Part shown: piece after piece, positions 1-9,391 of the stretch | Position numbering within the stretch: position 1 is the stretch's first letter | How the letters are laid out: the number at the start of each line of letters is the position of its first letter | Assembly (NCBI GenBank): GCA_051532055.1 | Contig: JAOPTX010000004.1 | Coordinates: 23,168-69,202, forward strand | Direction of reading: 5' to 3' | DNA length: 46,035 bases | From: Fibrobacterales bacterium | GTDB taxonomy: Bacteria > Fibrobacterota > Fibrobacteria > Fibrobacterales > JAOPTW01 | Translations under genes and position numbers: made by a program | Notes under the pieces: generated by a model | The model's database searches: none | What the model was told of the DNA's origin: nothing | What the model saw: only the letters and a program-made list of their open reading frames with translations

Positions 1-2
1 AA

Positions 3-2501
3 AATAGTTATTTTGGAAACAACCAGGCTGGACGGAGTGAAGCATGGTGTGACACCTATGTTGAACAAGCGTTTAATGATAGTGCTGACTTTAATAAGAA
101 TGATGAAAAAGCCGTGCAAAATTTAACCTTTTGTAATGGTGGTGCCCTTCTGATATACTCAGGTGTTGGGGTGACGGTAACAATCGACAATAGTACGTTC
201 TATCAAAATAGAGCCTATGGTGCAGGAGGGGCGGTCTTTCTTGGGGGGGCGGAAAGTACGAGCTTACAATTTGATCATATTTCAATCATTGAGAATAGCT
301 CCAATTATGGAGGCGGTGGAATGTATAATCACCAAAGAATACAGCTTACAAATTCTATTATATATAATAATATACTGCGAGGGGATACCGCGGCGAATGG
401 TGCTGATATAGCTGGCTCGGCTGATGGGGGTTCAGTTATAGAACAAAGTATTGTGAGCAATATGTTCTTTTTCGATTACCCTGCAGATTCCTATAAACCA
501 AATCAAAGTATGAAAATAGAGGGTTCTAAATATAGTATTAAGAGCCCGGTGACTGATTCACCTGAGCTTGATGAACTCACCTTTCTAGAAGGTACCTATG
601 TTATTCCCTTTAAAAATCAGCGACAAACATCATTAAAACCATCGGGTATTAATGGTACTGAAGTAGAAACTCACAATAATGAATACGATCAACGCCTTGG
701 AATAACAGACTTTGTAAAAAATGGCTCGGACATCCCACTCCCTCACTACCGTTCGGAACATGGCGTATCTGCTGCCGATGCTGGCGCCTATGAATATGTA
801 AATCACAAACCGTATGACCTGGTTTTTGAGGGAGGATTTATACCTGAAGATGCCGCTGGCGATGTGTATGTGGGTGACTTTAGTGTGAGCGATCAAGATA
901 CTTTTGATTTTCACAATTATGCACTCATATCAGGTGCGGGTTTTGAAATACGACAGGATACACTGCTGTATACTGGGTCTCTAAACCTGCGAGAAGAAGA
1001 TGAACATAGGGTGGGTATTAGAAGTTGTGATGATGCATGGATCAGCCTCTGTTTTGATACGATCGTAATGGTGACTATTACCGAAGCAAATAAGAAGCCT
1101 TATGACCTTGCCTTGAGTGATGATTGGGTCTATGAAATGGCGCCAAAGGGGACCGTTGTTGGAAAGCTTACCGTTAGAGACCCTAACACATGGGATAAAC
1201 ATACCTTTACTTTTTCTGATGATAGATATAATGCATTTGAGATGGATTCTGATGGGGTGACTATTGTTGTTGCATCAGATAGGAATCTGGTTTATGAAGA
1301 GCGTACTTCAATCGAACTTGCGGTTACTGCCACTGATATTGCGGGCTTGTCAACGACAGAGGTTTTCACTATTACTCTGGTACAAGCAGCACCTTACGAT
1401 TTAAGACTGAGTGATAAGAGCGTGGAAGAACGAATTCCTATAGGTACGGTGGTTGGCGAACTTTCAGTGAAAGACCCGAATAGCGATGATACTCATGTTT
1501 TTACTATTACTGATGACGATAATCGTGCATTTGAAATTGCTGAGGATGGTGTAACGATTGTAGTCTCTTCAAACAAAGCATTTGTGTTTGAAGAGAGAGA
1601 ATCCATTACAATTGATGTAATAGCAACTGATGCATCGGGACTCTTAATAAGTGAAACATTTACCATTGACATAGTAAATGTCAACCGTGCACCAGTAGAT
1701 ATCTATCCGCGGCGTACGACAGTGGCTGAAGGTGCATCAATGGGTTCAGTTATATTAGAACTTGAAGCGACAGACCCTGATGGGACTACTGGTTTTGATT
1801 GGAGACTCGATGCTGGTTCTCCATTCATTCTTATTGATAATGCATTAACCGTTAATGGTGAAATTGAATATAGTGATACTCAACGGTGGGAACTCGTTGT
1901 TTGGGTTGATGATACTGAAGGAGGAGAATACTCTGATACTCTGTATATAGAGGTGTTGCAGGTAGAGTCCGAAATGAACGTATTTCTTGGTGAAGGGTAT
2001 CTTCATATGAGTCGCGAATACCTTGAAGAGATTGAAACAGTGGATTCAATTGTACAAGTAACGTATTTAGATGATGTAGAAGATGAACCAAGTCGTGCAG
2101 GGTATTCAATTCGAATCGATGCGCTATTCCCCATTTCGGAATATGACTTAGTTGGCGAGTCAGATAAGGGGTGGAAACGTAGATTGACCTACGCAATGAA
2201 AGTATTTGATAATATTGGCCAGCATGTAGGGACGTTTAAGGGGGTGTCAGATATTAATGAGGCTGAAGCAGTTAATGATGATGGAGAGATGTTTGCTGCA
2301 GTTGTCCTCTCACCTAAAGATAGTCGTGGTATGCAAAATCGCGATGGGAGATTGTGGGGTGATGGGGTATATATTGTGCAAATGTTAGTGGTCATTGAGG
2401 CTGAGCCCTCTAAAGAACTTCATGATGAATATGGGTATACTACCCCGATACAGCATCAGTCCTATTTCACTACTCGGTTTGGATATATTCGTGATAAGTA
2501 A
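3..2501 (+). CDS. 5'-partial large secreted/surface protein: beta-helix-like (GGA/N repeat) region, about 4 cadherin-like repeats, Fibrobacter-type C-terminal domain
   Basis: The frame is open from base 3 (NSYFGNNQAG...), so the true start lies upstream of the window. It has GGAL/GGAV/GGGMYN repeats, an ADAGAYEY motif, and cadherin motifs (PYDL.LS, VGKLTVRDPN, D.HTFT, I.V.ATD..GL). Confidence 0.8.
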   Translation, partial: NSYFGNNQAGRSEAWCDTYVEQAFNDSADFNKNDEKAVQNLTFCNGGALLIYSGVGVTVTIDNSTFYQNRAYGAGGAVFLGGAESTSLQFDHISIIENSSNYGGGGMYNHQRIQLTNSIIYNNILRGDTAANGADIAGSADGGSVIEQSIVSNMFFFDYPADSYKPNQSMKIEGSKYSIKSPVTDSPELDELTFLEGTYVIPFKNQRQTSLKPSGINGTEVETHNNEYDQRLGITDFVKNGSDIPLPHYRSEHGVSAADAGAYEYVNHKPYDLVFEGGFIPEDAAGDVYVGDFSVSDQDTFDFHNYALISGAGFEIRQDTLLYTGSLNLREEDEHRVGIRSCDDAWISLCFDTIVMVTITEANKKPYDLALSDDWVYEMAPKGTVVGKLTVRDPNTWDKHTFTFSDDRYNAFEMDSDGVTIVVASDRNLVYEERTSIELAVTATDIAGLSTTEVFTITLVQAAPYDLRLSDKSVEERIPIGTVVGELSVKDPNSDDTHVFTITDDDNRAFEIAEDGVTIVVSSNKAFVFEERESITIDVIATDASGLLISETFTIDIVNVNRAPVDIYPRRTTVAEGASMGSVILELEATDPDGTTGFDWRLDAGSPFILIDNALTVNGEIEYSDTQRWELVVWVDDTEGGEYSDTLYIEVLQVESEMNVFLGEGYLHMSREYLEEIETVDSIVQVTYLDDVEDEPSRAGYSIRIDALFPISEYDLVGESDKGWKRRLTYAMKVFDNIGQHVGTFKGVSDINEAEAVNDDGEMFAAVVLSPKDSRGMQNRDGRLWGDGVYIVQMLVVIEAEPSKELHDEYGYTTPIQHQSYFTTRFGYIRDK

Positions 2502-2728
2502 CGATTGTGGTACAAATACATGGTAAACTTTCCCGAAATGAGCCCTTTTTATCAATTTGTGCTACTGGAGATTCACAAGTGCCTCCACCGAATACTGATG
2601 ATGCTATTGCACCGAAGCATACTAAAGGGAGCATGATTGGTCGTGTGAACACATATCTTGTTTTTAAATAAGAGTGATATTGGTTTTAGCCCATTGTTCT
2701 TCCAATTCTGATTGCTACGTTTACCCTT

Positions 2729-3268
2729 ATGCCACTAAATATCGCACTACTTAACCCTCAGTCTAGTGATAATCTAGCAACCGCCCTCCGCTCTGGTCAA
2801 AACCTTGGTGCCCATACTATTATGGTTATTGGTGGTTTTATTGAGAAAAAATATCAAGGGTCAATACATAAATTTACCCATCAGATGGATACGCAAAATG
2901 GCGCTGATCATTTGAACCTTGTCTACTTCAAAACATTAAGTGACTTTTTGCAGGCACTTCCTGCTCGAACGACATTAGTTGTAGTAGAGATGCTTAAAGA
3001 AGCAAAGGCTCTAGAAGCTTTCGAACACCCACAAAGTGGCACATACCTCTTCGGGACAGAAAAAATAGGGATATCTAAAAAGGAGCTTCAAGAGATTGAA
3101 CATTATATGGAATCTCTTCGATGTCCTGTACCTGGGGTCCGTTTAGAAAACAGCAAATACCTTCCCCGTGTAGAATATATTGCCTTTGATACACCAAAAT
3201 CTCTCAACTTGGGAGTGAGTGTCTCTATTGTACTTTATGATAGGCATCAGAAACAATTCATCCAGTAG
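2729..3268 (+). CDS. SpoU/TrmH-family RNA 2'-O-methyltransferase
   Basis: SPOUT motifs NP....NL....R, LFGTE..GI and SLNL.VS.SIVLYD are present. Confidence 0.85.
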   Translation: MPLNIALLNPQSSDNLATALRSGQNLGAHTIMVIGGFIEKKYQGSIHKFTHQMDTQNGADHLNLVYFKTLSDFLQALPARTTLVVVEMLKEAKALEAFEHPQSGTYLFGTEKIGISKKELQEIEHYMESLRCPVPGVRLENSKYLPRVEYIAFDTPKSLNLGVSVSIVLYDRHQKQFIQ

Positions 3269-3285
3269 AATAGAAATGCTTATTG

Positions 3286-3307
3286 AGTAATTAGTACACT
3301 AATTACT
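3286..3307. repeat. 10-bp inverted repeat downstream of the SpoU gene (possible terminator hairpin)
   Basis: AGTAATTAGT-AC-ACTAATTACT. Confidence 0.5.
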
Positions 3308-3370
3308 GTTGCTATACTATCTAAGTTCCTATGAATTGTTGATCTTTCTAATAATTAACTACTGAATAAA

Positions 3371-3600
3371 TGTCCACAACCAATATTGGATGAGTGTTTT
3401 GTGTTGTTTGATTAGTGTTGTTTAAGTCTTAAAAACGGCAAAAATGATTTGGTTGTAACCATAATGTTTACGTGACATGAAGTAAATGGTCAAAATTGTA
3501 GACCAAAAATTAGTGCACATGGACGCTTGGTCACCATTTGGTTGTAAAAGTGTCAATTTGACAATCTATATGTTCAAAATGGTTGTAATGTAGGTTTTTA
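3371..3600 (+). promoter_or_regulatory. Repeated operator-like motifs upstream of the first GH5
   Basis: TGGTTGTAA at 3450, 3539 and 3580; inverse ACAACCA at 3376; palindrome TGTCAA-T-TTGACA at 3551-3563. Confidence 0.45.
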
Positions 3601-3689
3601 AAGTATACATTAGATATATCATACTAGGGGAGATCTTTAAAAACTCTTAACAGGGGTTTTGAGGATTTCGATTATAAGGGACATACCTT

Positions 3690-5378
3690 TTGAAACATTT
3701 TATTATCAAAGCATCATTAATTGCTTCAGTTATTTTGTCATCTTTTAGTAATCTCTACGCTGAGGGGCCTGTAGAAGTTTACGGTGAAATGAAAGTTAAG
3801 GGTCAGTATATTGCAGGCTCAAAGGCACCCTATACCAATGCAATGGTTCAAGCAAAAGGGTTAAGTTTCTTTTGGAATCAATGGGGGGGTGAAAATCAAT
3901 GGAATGCAAGTATCGTCGATAAAATGGTTGATGAGTATAATGCAGAAGTATTACGTGTCCCTGTATCTACCTCCTCTGGAGGGAAGTATGCGGATCTCGG
4001 CGCAGCAGCTGAAGTAATTAATCGCAGTATTGAACGTGGAATCTATATCATTATCGATTTTCACTCACATTATGCTTGGGGAGAGCGTGATGAAGCGAAA
4101 CAGTTTTTCAAAGATGCTGTTGAGTGGTATGGTGACTATGATAACGTAATTTTTGAAACCTTTAACGAACCGGTTACTGATGAGCCTCATGTATGGGCAG
4201 GCGTGAGAGAGTACCATGATGAACTCGTTCAGTATATTCGTGATCTTGGTTCAGACAACTTAATTATTGCAGGTACTCCATGCTTTGATCAGGTTTTTGA
4301 GGGAATTAAAGAAGATCCCGTTAAAGATCCTGCAAATAATATTGTCTATGCAATGCACTTTTACTCATATACTCATAAAGTTGATGATGGCTGGCTTGGC
4401 AAAAACTTTAAAGTTGCTCTCGAAGATGAACTTCCAATTTTTGTTTCAGAGTGGGGAACGTCACATTCTGATGGTGGGCGTGGTGGAAATGCAGGAACTT
4501 TTGATGGAAATAGTGCAGATCAGTGGCATGCAATTTTTGATCAGTTTGGTTGGTCATCAGCAATGTGGTCAATTCATAGCGATGGACAGTCTTCTGCAAT
4601 TTGGGGTAACACCGGGCAGGCAGATGGATATATTAAAGGTCTTCTTGCTAAACATAAAGAAGTAGCGAGTTGGAGAACTGGTGTTCTTCGTGTGATTCCT
4701 GGTCTAGAAGAAGTAGACCCAGTAGTTGATCCGGATATTGATGAACCAACGCCACTTTCAATTAGTGGTAAAAAAGTTACCATGAATCCTGATAAAGAGT
4801 CTGTAGAAATTGTTGTTGAAGCGAAGGGTGGAACAGAGCCTTATACGTTTACATGGAGTAAAAAATCAGGTAATACCGTTTCAATTTCTGGTGGCAACTC
4901 GAACAAAGAGACCGTTAGTGGATTAATTGTTGGTGACTATGTTATCTTGGCACAAGTTACCGATGGGAATGGTGATAAAAAGATTGTTGAAGTGGCAATC
5001 ACTGTTGAAAATAGTGATACACAGAGCTCAGATGATAGTAGTACTGATTTCTTATCTTCTCTTTCTCCATCGTCATCATCAGAAAGTCTCTCAAGTTCAC
5101 CACAAGGGCCACCAAGTAGTAGTGATCACATTATGGCTTTGTTTGAAAGAGGTTCTTCAGTAATGCATCAGACACAGCTTGTCCGCTTACAGAGCAGTAG
5201 AGATGCACAAATACACCTGGGTCAATCGGGAGTGTACACTATAGCACTGTATGATATAATGGGTAACCAAATCGCTCAGCATACTACGGCACATGCCGTT
5301 CAAGGTGACTATAGCTTTAGTGTTGATCATTCGATCACTCAAGGATTGTATGTTGTAAAAGTGGGCAAAATTAAATAA
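3690..5378 (+). CDS. GH5 (subfamily 2-like) endoglucanase with Ig/PKD-like domain, Ser-rich linker and T9SS-like C-terminal domain
   Basis: Signal peptide; IIDFH, acid/base TFNEP, MHFY and nucleophile FVSEWG are all intact; GGTEPYTFTW Ig module; tail LYDIMG...GLYVVKV. TTG start with AAGGGA upstream. Confidence 0.92.
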   Translation: MKHFIIKASLIASVILSSFSNLYAEGPVEVYGEMKVKGQYIAGSKAPYTNAMVQAKGLSFFWNQWGGENQWNASIVDKMVDEYNAEVLRVPVSTSSGGKYADLGAAAEVINRSIERGIYIIIDFHSHYAWGERDEAKQFFKDAVEWYGDYDNVIFETFNEPVTDEPHVWAGVREYHDELVQYIRDLGSDNLIIAGTPCFDQVFEGIKEDPVKDPANNIVYAMHFYSYTHKVDDGWLGKNFKVALEDELPIFVSEWGTSHSDGGRGGNAGTFDGNSADQWHAIFDQFGWSSAMWSIHSDGQSSAIWGNTGQADGYIKGLLAKHKEVASWRTGVLRVIPGLEEVDPVVDPDIDEPTPLSISGKKVTMNPDKESVEIVVEAKGGTEPYTFTWSKKSGNTVSISGGNSNKETVSGLIVGDYVILAQVTDGNGDKKIVEVAITVENSDTQSSDDSSTDFLSSLSPSSSSESLSSSPQGPPSSSDHIMALFERGSSVMHQTQLVRLQSSRDAQIHLGQSGVYTIALYDIMGNQIAQHTTAHAVQGDYSFSVDHSITQGLYVVKVGKIK

Positions 5379-5405
5379 TTCCTACGAAACTATTCTTTTG
5401 TTATT

Positions 5406-5439
5406 GGGTGTTGTACAGTGTGTACAGCACCCTTTTTTT
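5406..5439 (+). terminator. Rho-independent terminator
   Basis: GGGTGTTGTACA-GTG-TGTACAGCACCC followed by T7. Confidence 0.85.
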
Positions 5440-5631
5440 ATAGACATATTTTAGTCTTTGATGAAAGTTTGGTTTGTTTGTGGGTGTGGACAGGATTGTC
5501 CGTGTAGAGTACAAAACTTTATGATATAGATACTTATTGTCCAAGAAACAGTATATGTTAATACTACAATAAGGGTGGATCTTAGCAGGCGGCCTTATTG
5601 TGTACATACACACCTACATTTTGGGGATTAG

Positions 5632-7677
5632 ATGAAAATGTTTAATACAATGATGTTCATGATCGTGGCATCAATCATTTCTTTACAGGCGGGACCAGTA
5701 AGTTATTATGGGCAAATGGAAGCTCATGGAACTCGTATCTATGGTGCAAATAATGGATTAGCTATGGAGGCCCGTGGAGTGAGTCTCTATTGGAATACCG
5801 GCGGATGGGGTGGCGAAGGCTATTGGAATAGTGGCACGGTCAATGCTCTTGCTGATGATTGGAAAGTCGATATGGTACGGGCAGCATTTGACCCTAATCT
5901 CTGGCCAGGCAATCAAGGGCAGATGGAAGAAGTGATTCAAGCAGCAATTGATAAAGACATTTATGTGATTGTTGATTTTCATACGCATAACCCAGACCCA
6001 GGTAAAGCGGAATGGTTTTTTGGGGCACTGGGCGAACGGTTTGGTGATGTTGATAATATTATATGGGAAGTCTATAACGAGCCAGAACATTATCATACCT
6101 GGGAAGGGGATATTAAGCCTCACTCAGAAGCGGCAATTGCAACTATTAGACAGTATTCAGATAACCTTATCGTTGTTGGGAATCGTATATGGTCACAACG
6201 GGCAGATGAGGCAGCAGCTAACCCTATAAATGATCCTAATATTGCCTACGTGATGCATTTTTATGTGGGTTCACACGGGAGTTGGGTAAAAGAGTGGAAT
6301 GAGGCGGCAATGGGGCAGCCTATAGATCCAAGTACTGACGCGCACGCACCTGTTAAGCCTGTCGCGATATTTGCGTCAGAGTGGGGTTACTGGCCACCAG
6401 GTGCTGATAGTTACAAGCCTGATATGGTGCCTTTTGGGCAGAAAGATTTTCAAAAATGTTATGGTTCAGAATGTAGTGATATTGATATGAGTGGCTACGA
6501 CTGGATGGACTTTATGGCAAAGCATCAGATAAGCTGGGCAAGTTGGTCAATGGGTAATAAAGATGAACCAAGTAGCTTTTTTAATGGCTCAATGGATAAC
6601 CGCACTCCATGGGGTAACTTCATTAGGGATCATACCCGTAATTGGACAGAAAATCGCGCTCCTTGGAATTTTGCAGCAGAGATTAAAGCACAAGTATCTA
6701 CACCTGTCAAAGAGGACCTTATTGATAATCTTGATGATGCTGGAACAAAGAACTTTTGGAATGGTCAATGGAGTATTGAAGATGACTCTGCTGAGAAAGG
6801 AGGGACTCAAGTTACCTCTATTACTCAAGCCATTGAAGGAGAGGCTCTTGTGTTGTCGGCAACCTTTGAGTATCAAGAAATGTGGGAATATGAGCCGTAT
6901 GCAAAAGCAGTGATGACACTCAATGCAGCAGGTACTGTGGAAGATATGAGCGGATGCTCAGTAATTCAGTATGATTATAAAGGTAAAGCTCATAATTTTC
7001 AAGTGGCTCAAGAAGGAATTGCACACCGTAACTATCACACGACTGAAGTTGCACAGCGTGATGAATGGTCTACTGCTGTTGTAGAATGGGGAAATTTAAA
7101 ACAACCGGGCTGGGTTAACGAGGCATCAGAAGTTGATGCATCTCAGGTCACGGCACTGGTATGGCTTATAAAAGGAGCCGGTGGTACTGATGGTGAACTG
7201 TCTATCGATAATGTGACCTGTTTGGATGGCACTGCTCCAGCTCATGTAGATTATACCGATGAGACACCAGTTGTTGAGAGCTCAAGTAGCACACCAAAAA
7301 CAGACGATTCAAGTAATGAGCGTAGCAGTAGTGAGATGAGTAGTGATGATGAAGAGGGAGAAGAACTCCTTTCATCGAGTGAGTATGATTATACTATTGA
7401 CTCAACGTGGGCGCCCGGTAAAGAGGGTGTTTCTCCTATTTCCTATGATGCAATAAGTAATATACGTACCGCGGCAGTGCAGCATATTTCGCCCAATGGT
7501 ACTATTGCGTTAAGTGTTGATAAATCAGGTGTCTATCATGTAACAGTATTTTCACTTATGGGTGAAAGAGTGGTAGACCAGCAAGTAGAGTTGTCTCAAG
7601 GCGCTGCACAGTTACACGCAATCAATACAGCGATCCCGACCGGAGCGTATGTGGTACAGTTAGGTTTAGCAAAGTAA
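5632..7677 (+). CDS. GH5 (subfamily 2-like) endoglucanase with CBM11/CIA30-like domain, Ser-rich linker and T9SS-like C-terminal domain
   Basis: Signal peptide; IVDFH, VYNEP, MHFY and FASEWG are intact; LIDNLDD...W...QPGW...IDNV beta-sandwich; tail VFSLMG...GAYVVQL. Confidence 0.92.
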   Translation: MKMFNTMMFMIVASIISLQAGPVSYYGQMEAHGTRIYGANNGLAMEARGVSLYWNTGGWGGEGYWNSGTVNALADDWKVDMVRAAFDPNLWPGNQGQMEEVIQAAIDKDIYVIVDFHTHNPDPGKAEWFFGALGERFGDVDNIIWEVYNEPEHYHTWEGDIKPHSEAAIATIRQYSDNLIVVGNRIWSQRADEAAANPINDPNIAYVMHFYVGSHGSWVKEWNEAAMGQPIDPSTDAHAPVKPVAIFASEWGYWPPGADSYKPDMVPFGQKDFQKCYGSECSDIDMSGYDWMDFMAKHQISWASWSMGNKDEPSSFFNGSMDNRTPWGNFIRDHTRNWTENRAPWNFAAEIKAQVSTPVKEDLIDNLDDAGTKNFWNGQWSIEDDSAEKGGTQVTSITQAIEGEALVLSATFEYQEMWEYEPYAKAVMTLNAAGTVEDMSGCSVIQYDYKGKAHNFQVAQEGIAHRNYHTTEVAQRDEWSTAVVEWGNLKQPGWVNEASEVDASQVTALVWLIKGAGGTDGELSIDNVTCLDGTAPAHVDYTDETPVVESSSSTPKTDDSSNERSSSEMSSDDEEGEELLSSSEYDYTIDSTWAPGKEGVSPISYDAISNIRTAAVQHISPNGTIALSVDKSGVYHVTVFSLMGERVVDQQVELSQGAAQLHAINTAIPTGAYVVQLGLAK

Positions 7678-7708
7678 TACAGAAAACGTTTTAAACTTTT
7701 CTCCCCCT

Positions 7709-7743
7709 AAAAGAGAGTCTCAGTTTTGAGGCTCTCTTTTTTT
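7709..7743. terminator. Bidirectional terminator between convergent genes
   Basis: AAAAGAGAGTCTCA-GTTT-TGAGGCTCTCTTTTTTT. Confidence 0.85.
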
Positions 7744-7746
7744 ATG

Positions 7747-8649
7747 TCATTGGGTGTTATTTTCATAATAGTCGATCTCAAAGGTACAGCCCTCAGGGCA
7801 ATAATAGTGAGGGAGTGAAAAGTGTTTGAGGGTGTAAGAAAGCATCGTATGCCAAACACCATTAATCGTGACCGCAATATAATCGAGGAACCCGTCTTTG
7901 TTATAGCTCACTAACAGAGTATATTGGCTTGCACTAAACGGTACTTTGTTTTGATTGCGGTGTATGTTCGATTGTAGTATATATATCAAGTGAAGTAGGG
8001 GGCGCCTCATATCAACTTTTTTAGAATCCATTACCGATCGCATATGATAAATGGTTGTAAAGCCACGTTCTGATAAATGCTTCGAAATACTTTTTTTAAG
8101 GATATCAGAAGGATAATTTTCGATGATAAGAAGGGGAGGTATTTCAGAATCTTCTTTCGTTAGTTGCGGGTCGAGGGCATAGGTAAGGTACTCAAAGATG
8201 GAAAATTGGGTTGGTGTTGGTTTGCCAGTGTAGAGCGAGGGTTCCGTTCGGTCGAGGAGTGGAGTGAGAGAGTCTCCAGGGAAAAAATAGTTCGAGTTAG
8301 TTGTGTATAAAAGGCTATCTCGATTAATAACTTTAAGAGGGGTATTGTAGCGAGTATATATCAGAGAATCTGAAGGGTTGAATTGGGCTGGGGGAAGAGC
8401 GCCTTCCATTCCCCCGATAATTATGGTGCTTGAATCGAGAATTATATGGAGGAGATCTTGGTTCTCGAGACCCTGGCTGCTTCTGTTATTTGAGGGGAAT
8501 GGGGTCGGATTAAAGATAGTGAGCTCTTGAGAATACCCATTTATTATGATAAGGAGCAGTAATACGACATAAAGTGTTCGTTTCGTGGTCAAAAGAGCAA
8601 TTTCCCGTGCGTGTGGTATAATGTATGAGAATCTGTTTAAATAATACAA
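7747..8649 (-). CDS. Hypothetical exported protein (start uncertain)
   Basis: 300-aa ORF filling the gap between terminator and next gene; signal-peptide-like KRTLYVVLLLLIIINGYSQ. No family recognised. Confidence 0.6.
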   Translation of the reverse strand: MYYLNRFSYIIPHAREIALLTTKRTLYVVLLLLIIINGYSQELTIFNPTPFPSNNRSSQGLENQDLLHIILDSSTIIIGGMEGALPPAQFNPSDSLIYTRYNTPLKVINRDSLLYTTNSNYFFPGDSLTPLLDRTEPSLYTGKPTPTQFSIFEYLTYALDPQLTKEDSEIPPLLIIENYPSDILKKSISKHLSERGFTTIYHMRSVMDSKKVDMRRPLLHLIYILQSNIHRNQNKVPFSASQYTLLVSYNKDGFLDYIAVTINGVWHTMLSYTLKHFSLPHYYCPEGCTFEIDYYENNTQ

Positions 8650-8718
8650 TAGGTCGCTAATAATGAGGAGGAGTATTTAAATTATTATCTTTAGTGCAGA
8701 ATTAAAAAAGGAGAAATT

Positions 8719-9198
8719 ATGAGTGATATGCAGAATGAAATACTTCCCAAAGTTGGGTTAGGTGATGTTCGCTTTGGAATGGAGCGCGATGCTGTAAAAG
8801 CAATTTTAGGCGCACCTGATGAATGTGATATCTTTGCCTACAATGAAGACGAAACTGATAGAAGTGAGGGATGGTTTTGGTTTGAACAAGAGATCTCTGC
8901 AAACTTTGATGAAGAAGATGATTGGAAATTGATCTCTCTTTCAGCAGACTCAGAACGATTTCTTTTGAAAGGTGAAAAAGTTATAGGCATTGATAAAGCA
9001 GCTCTTGAAGCGCTTCTTGCTAAAATGGACATTACTGATATCGATTATGAAGATCACTCATCTGAAGATGAACCTGAGCATGAGCTTATTGCAGCTGACA
9101 GTGTTGGCCTCAATTTTTGGCTTGATGAAGGTATTGTCACTGAAGTACAGTGGGGACCATTTATTAAAGATGATGATACTATTGAGTGGCCTACATAG
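8719..9198 (+). CDS. Acidic hypothetical protein
   Basis: AGGAG RBS; N-terminal I.P..GLG...FGM....V...LG.PD motif resembling SmpA/BamE-like alpha-beta repeats; very Asp/Glu-rich. Confidence 0.75.
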   Translation: MSDMQNEILPKVGLGDVRFGMERDAVKAILGAPDECDIFAYNEDETDRSEGWFWFEQEISANFDEEDDWKLISLSADSERFLLKGEKVIGIDKAALEALLAKMDITDIDYEDHSSEDEPEHELIAADSVGLNFWLDEGIVTEVQWGPFIKDDDTIEWPT

Positions 9199-9261
9199 GT
9201 TCGATCTCTGTAATAGTTCAGGCATAGGCCAATGTGATTGGTAGATGTTACAATATTTGTG

Positions 9262-9311
9262 AAAAAAGCCTCTACTTTATGTTGAAAGAACATAAAGTAG
9301 AGGCTTTTTTT
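9262..9311. terminator. Long-stem terminator
   Basis: 22-bp perfect inverted repeat AAAAAAGCCTCTACTTTATGTT-GAAAG-AACATAAAGTAGAGGCTTTTTT. Confidence 0.85.
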
Positions 9312-9391
9312 ATTCTCCTGTAGGCGTTGTAAGAAAATAATCTATTTTTCTGAATACAATATGAGTACTCAATGTATCAATAGGGGGATAT

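Noticed and set aside
114..116. GTG at 114 as the start of the cadherin protein
   Set aside because: The frame is open to the window edge and no signal peptide follows; the gene is 5'-partial.
5376..7677. Genome-wide TAA recoding
   Set aside because: TAA terminates many genes here at their expected family ends (TIGR02147, tpm, GH3, FISUMP).
9262..9311. 22-bp inverted repeat as a MITE/REP element
   Set aside because: No second copy seen in the window; position and T tails fit a terminator.
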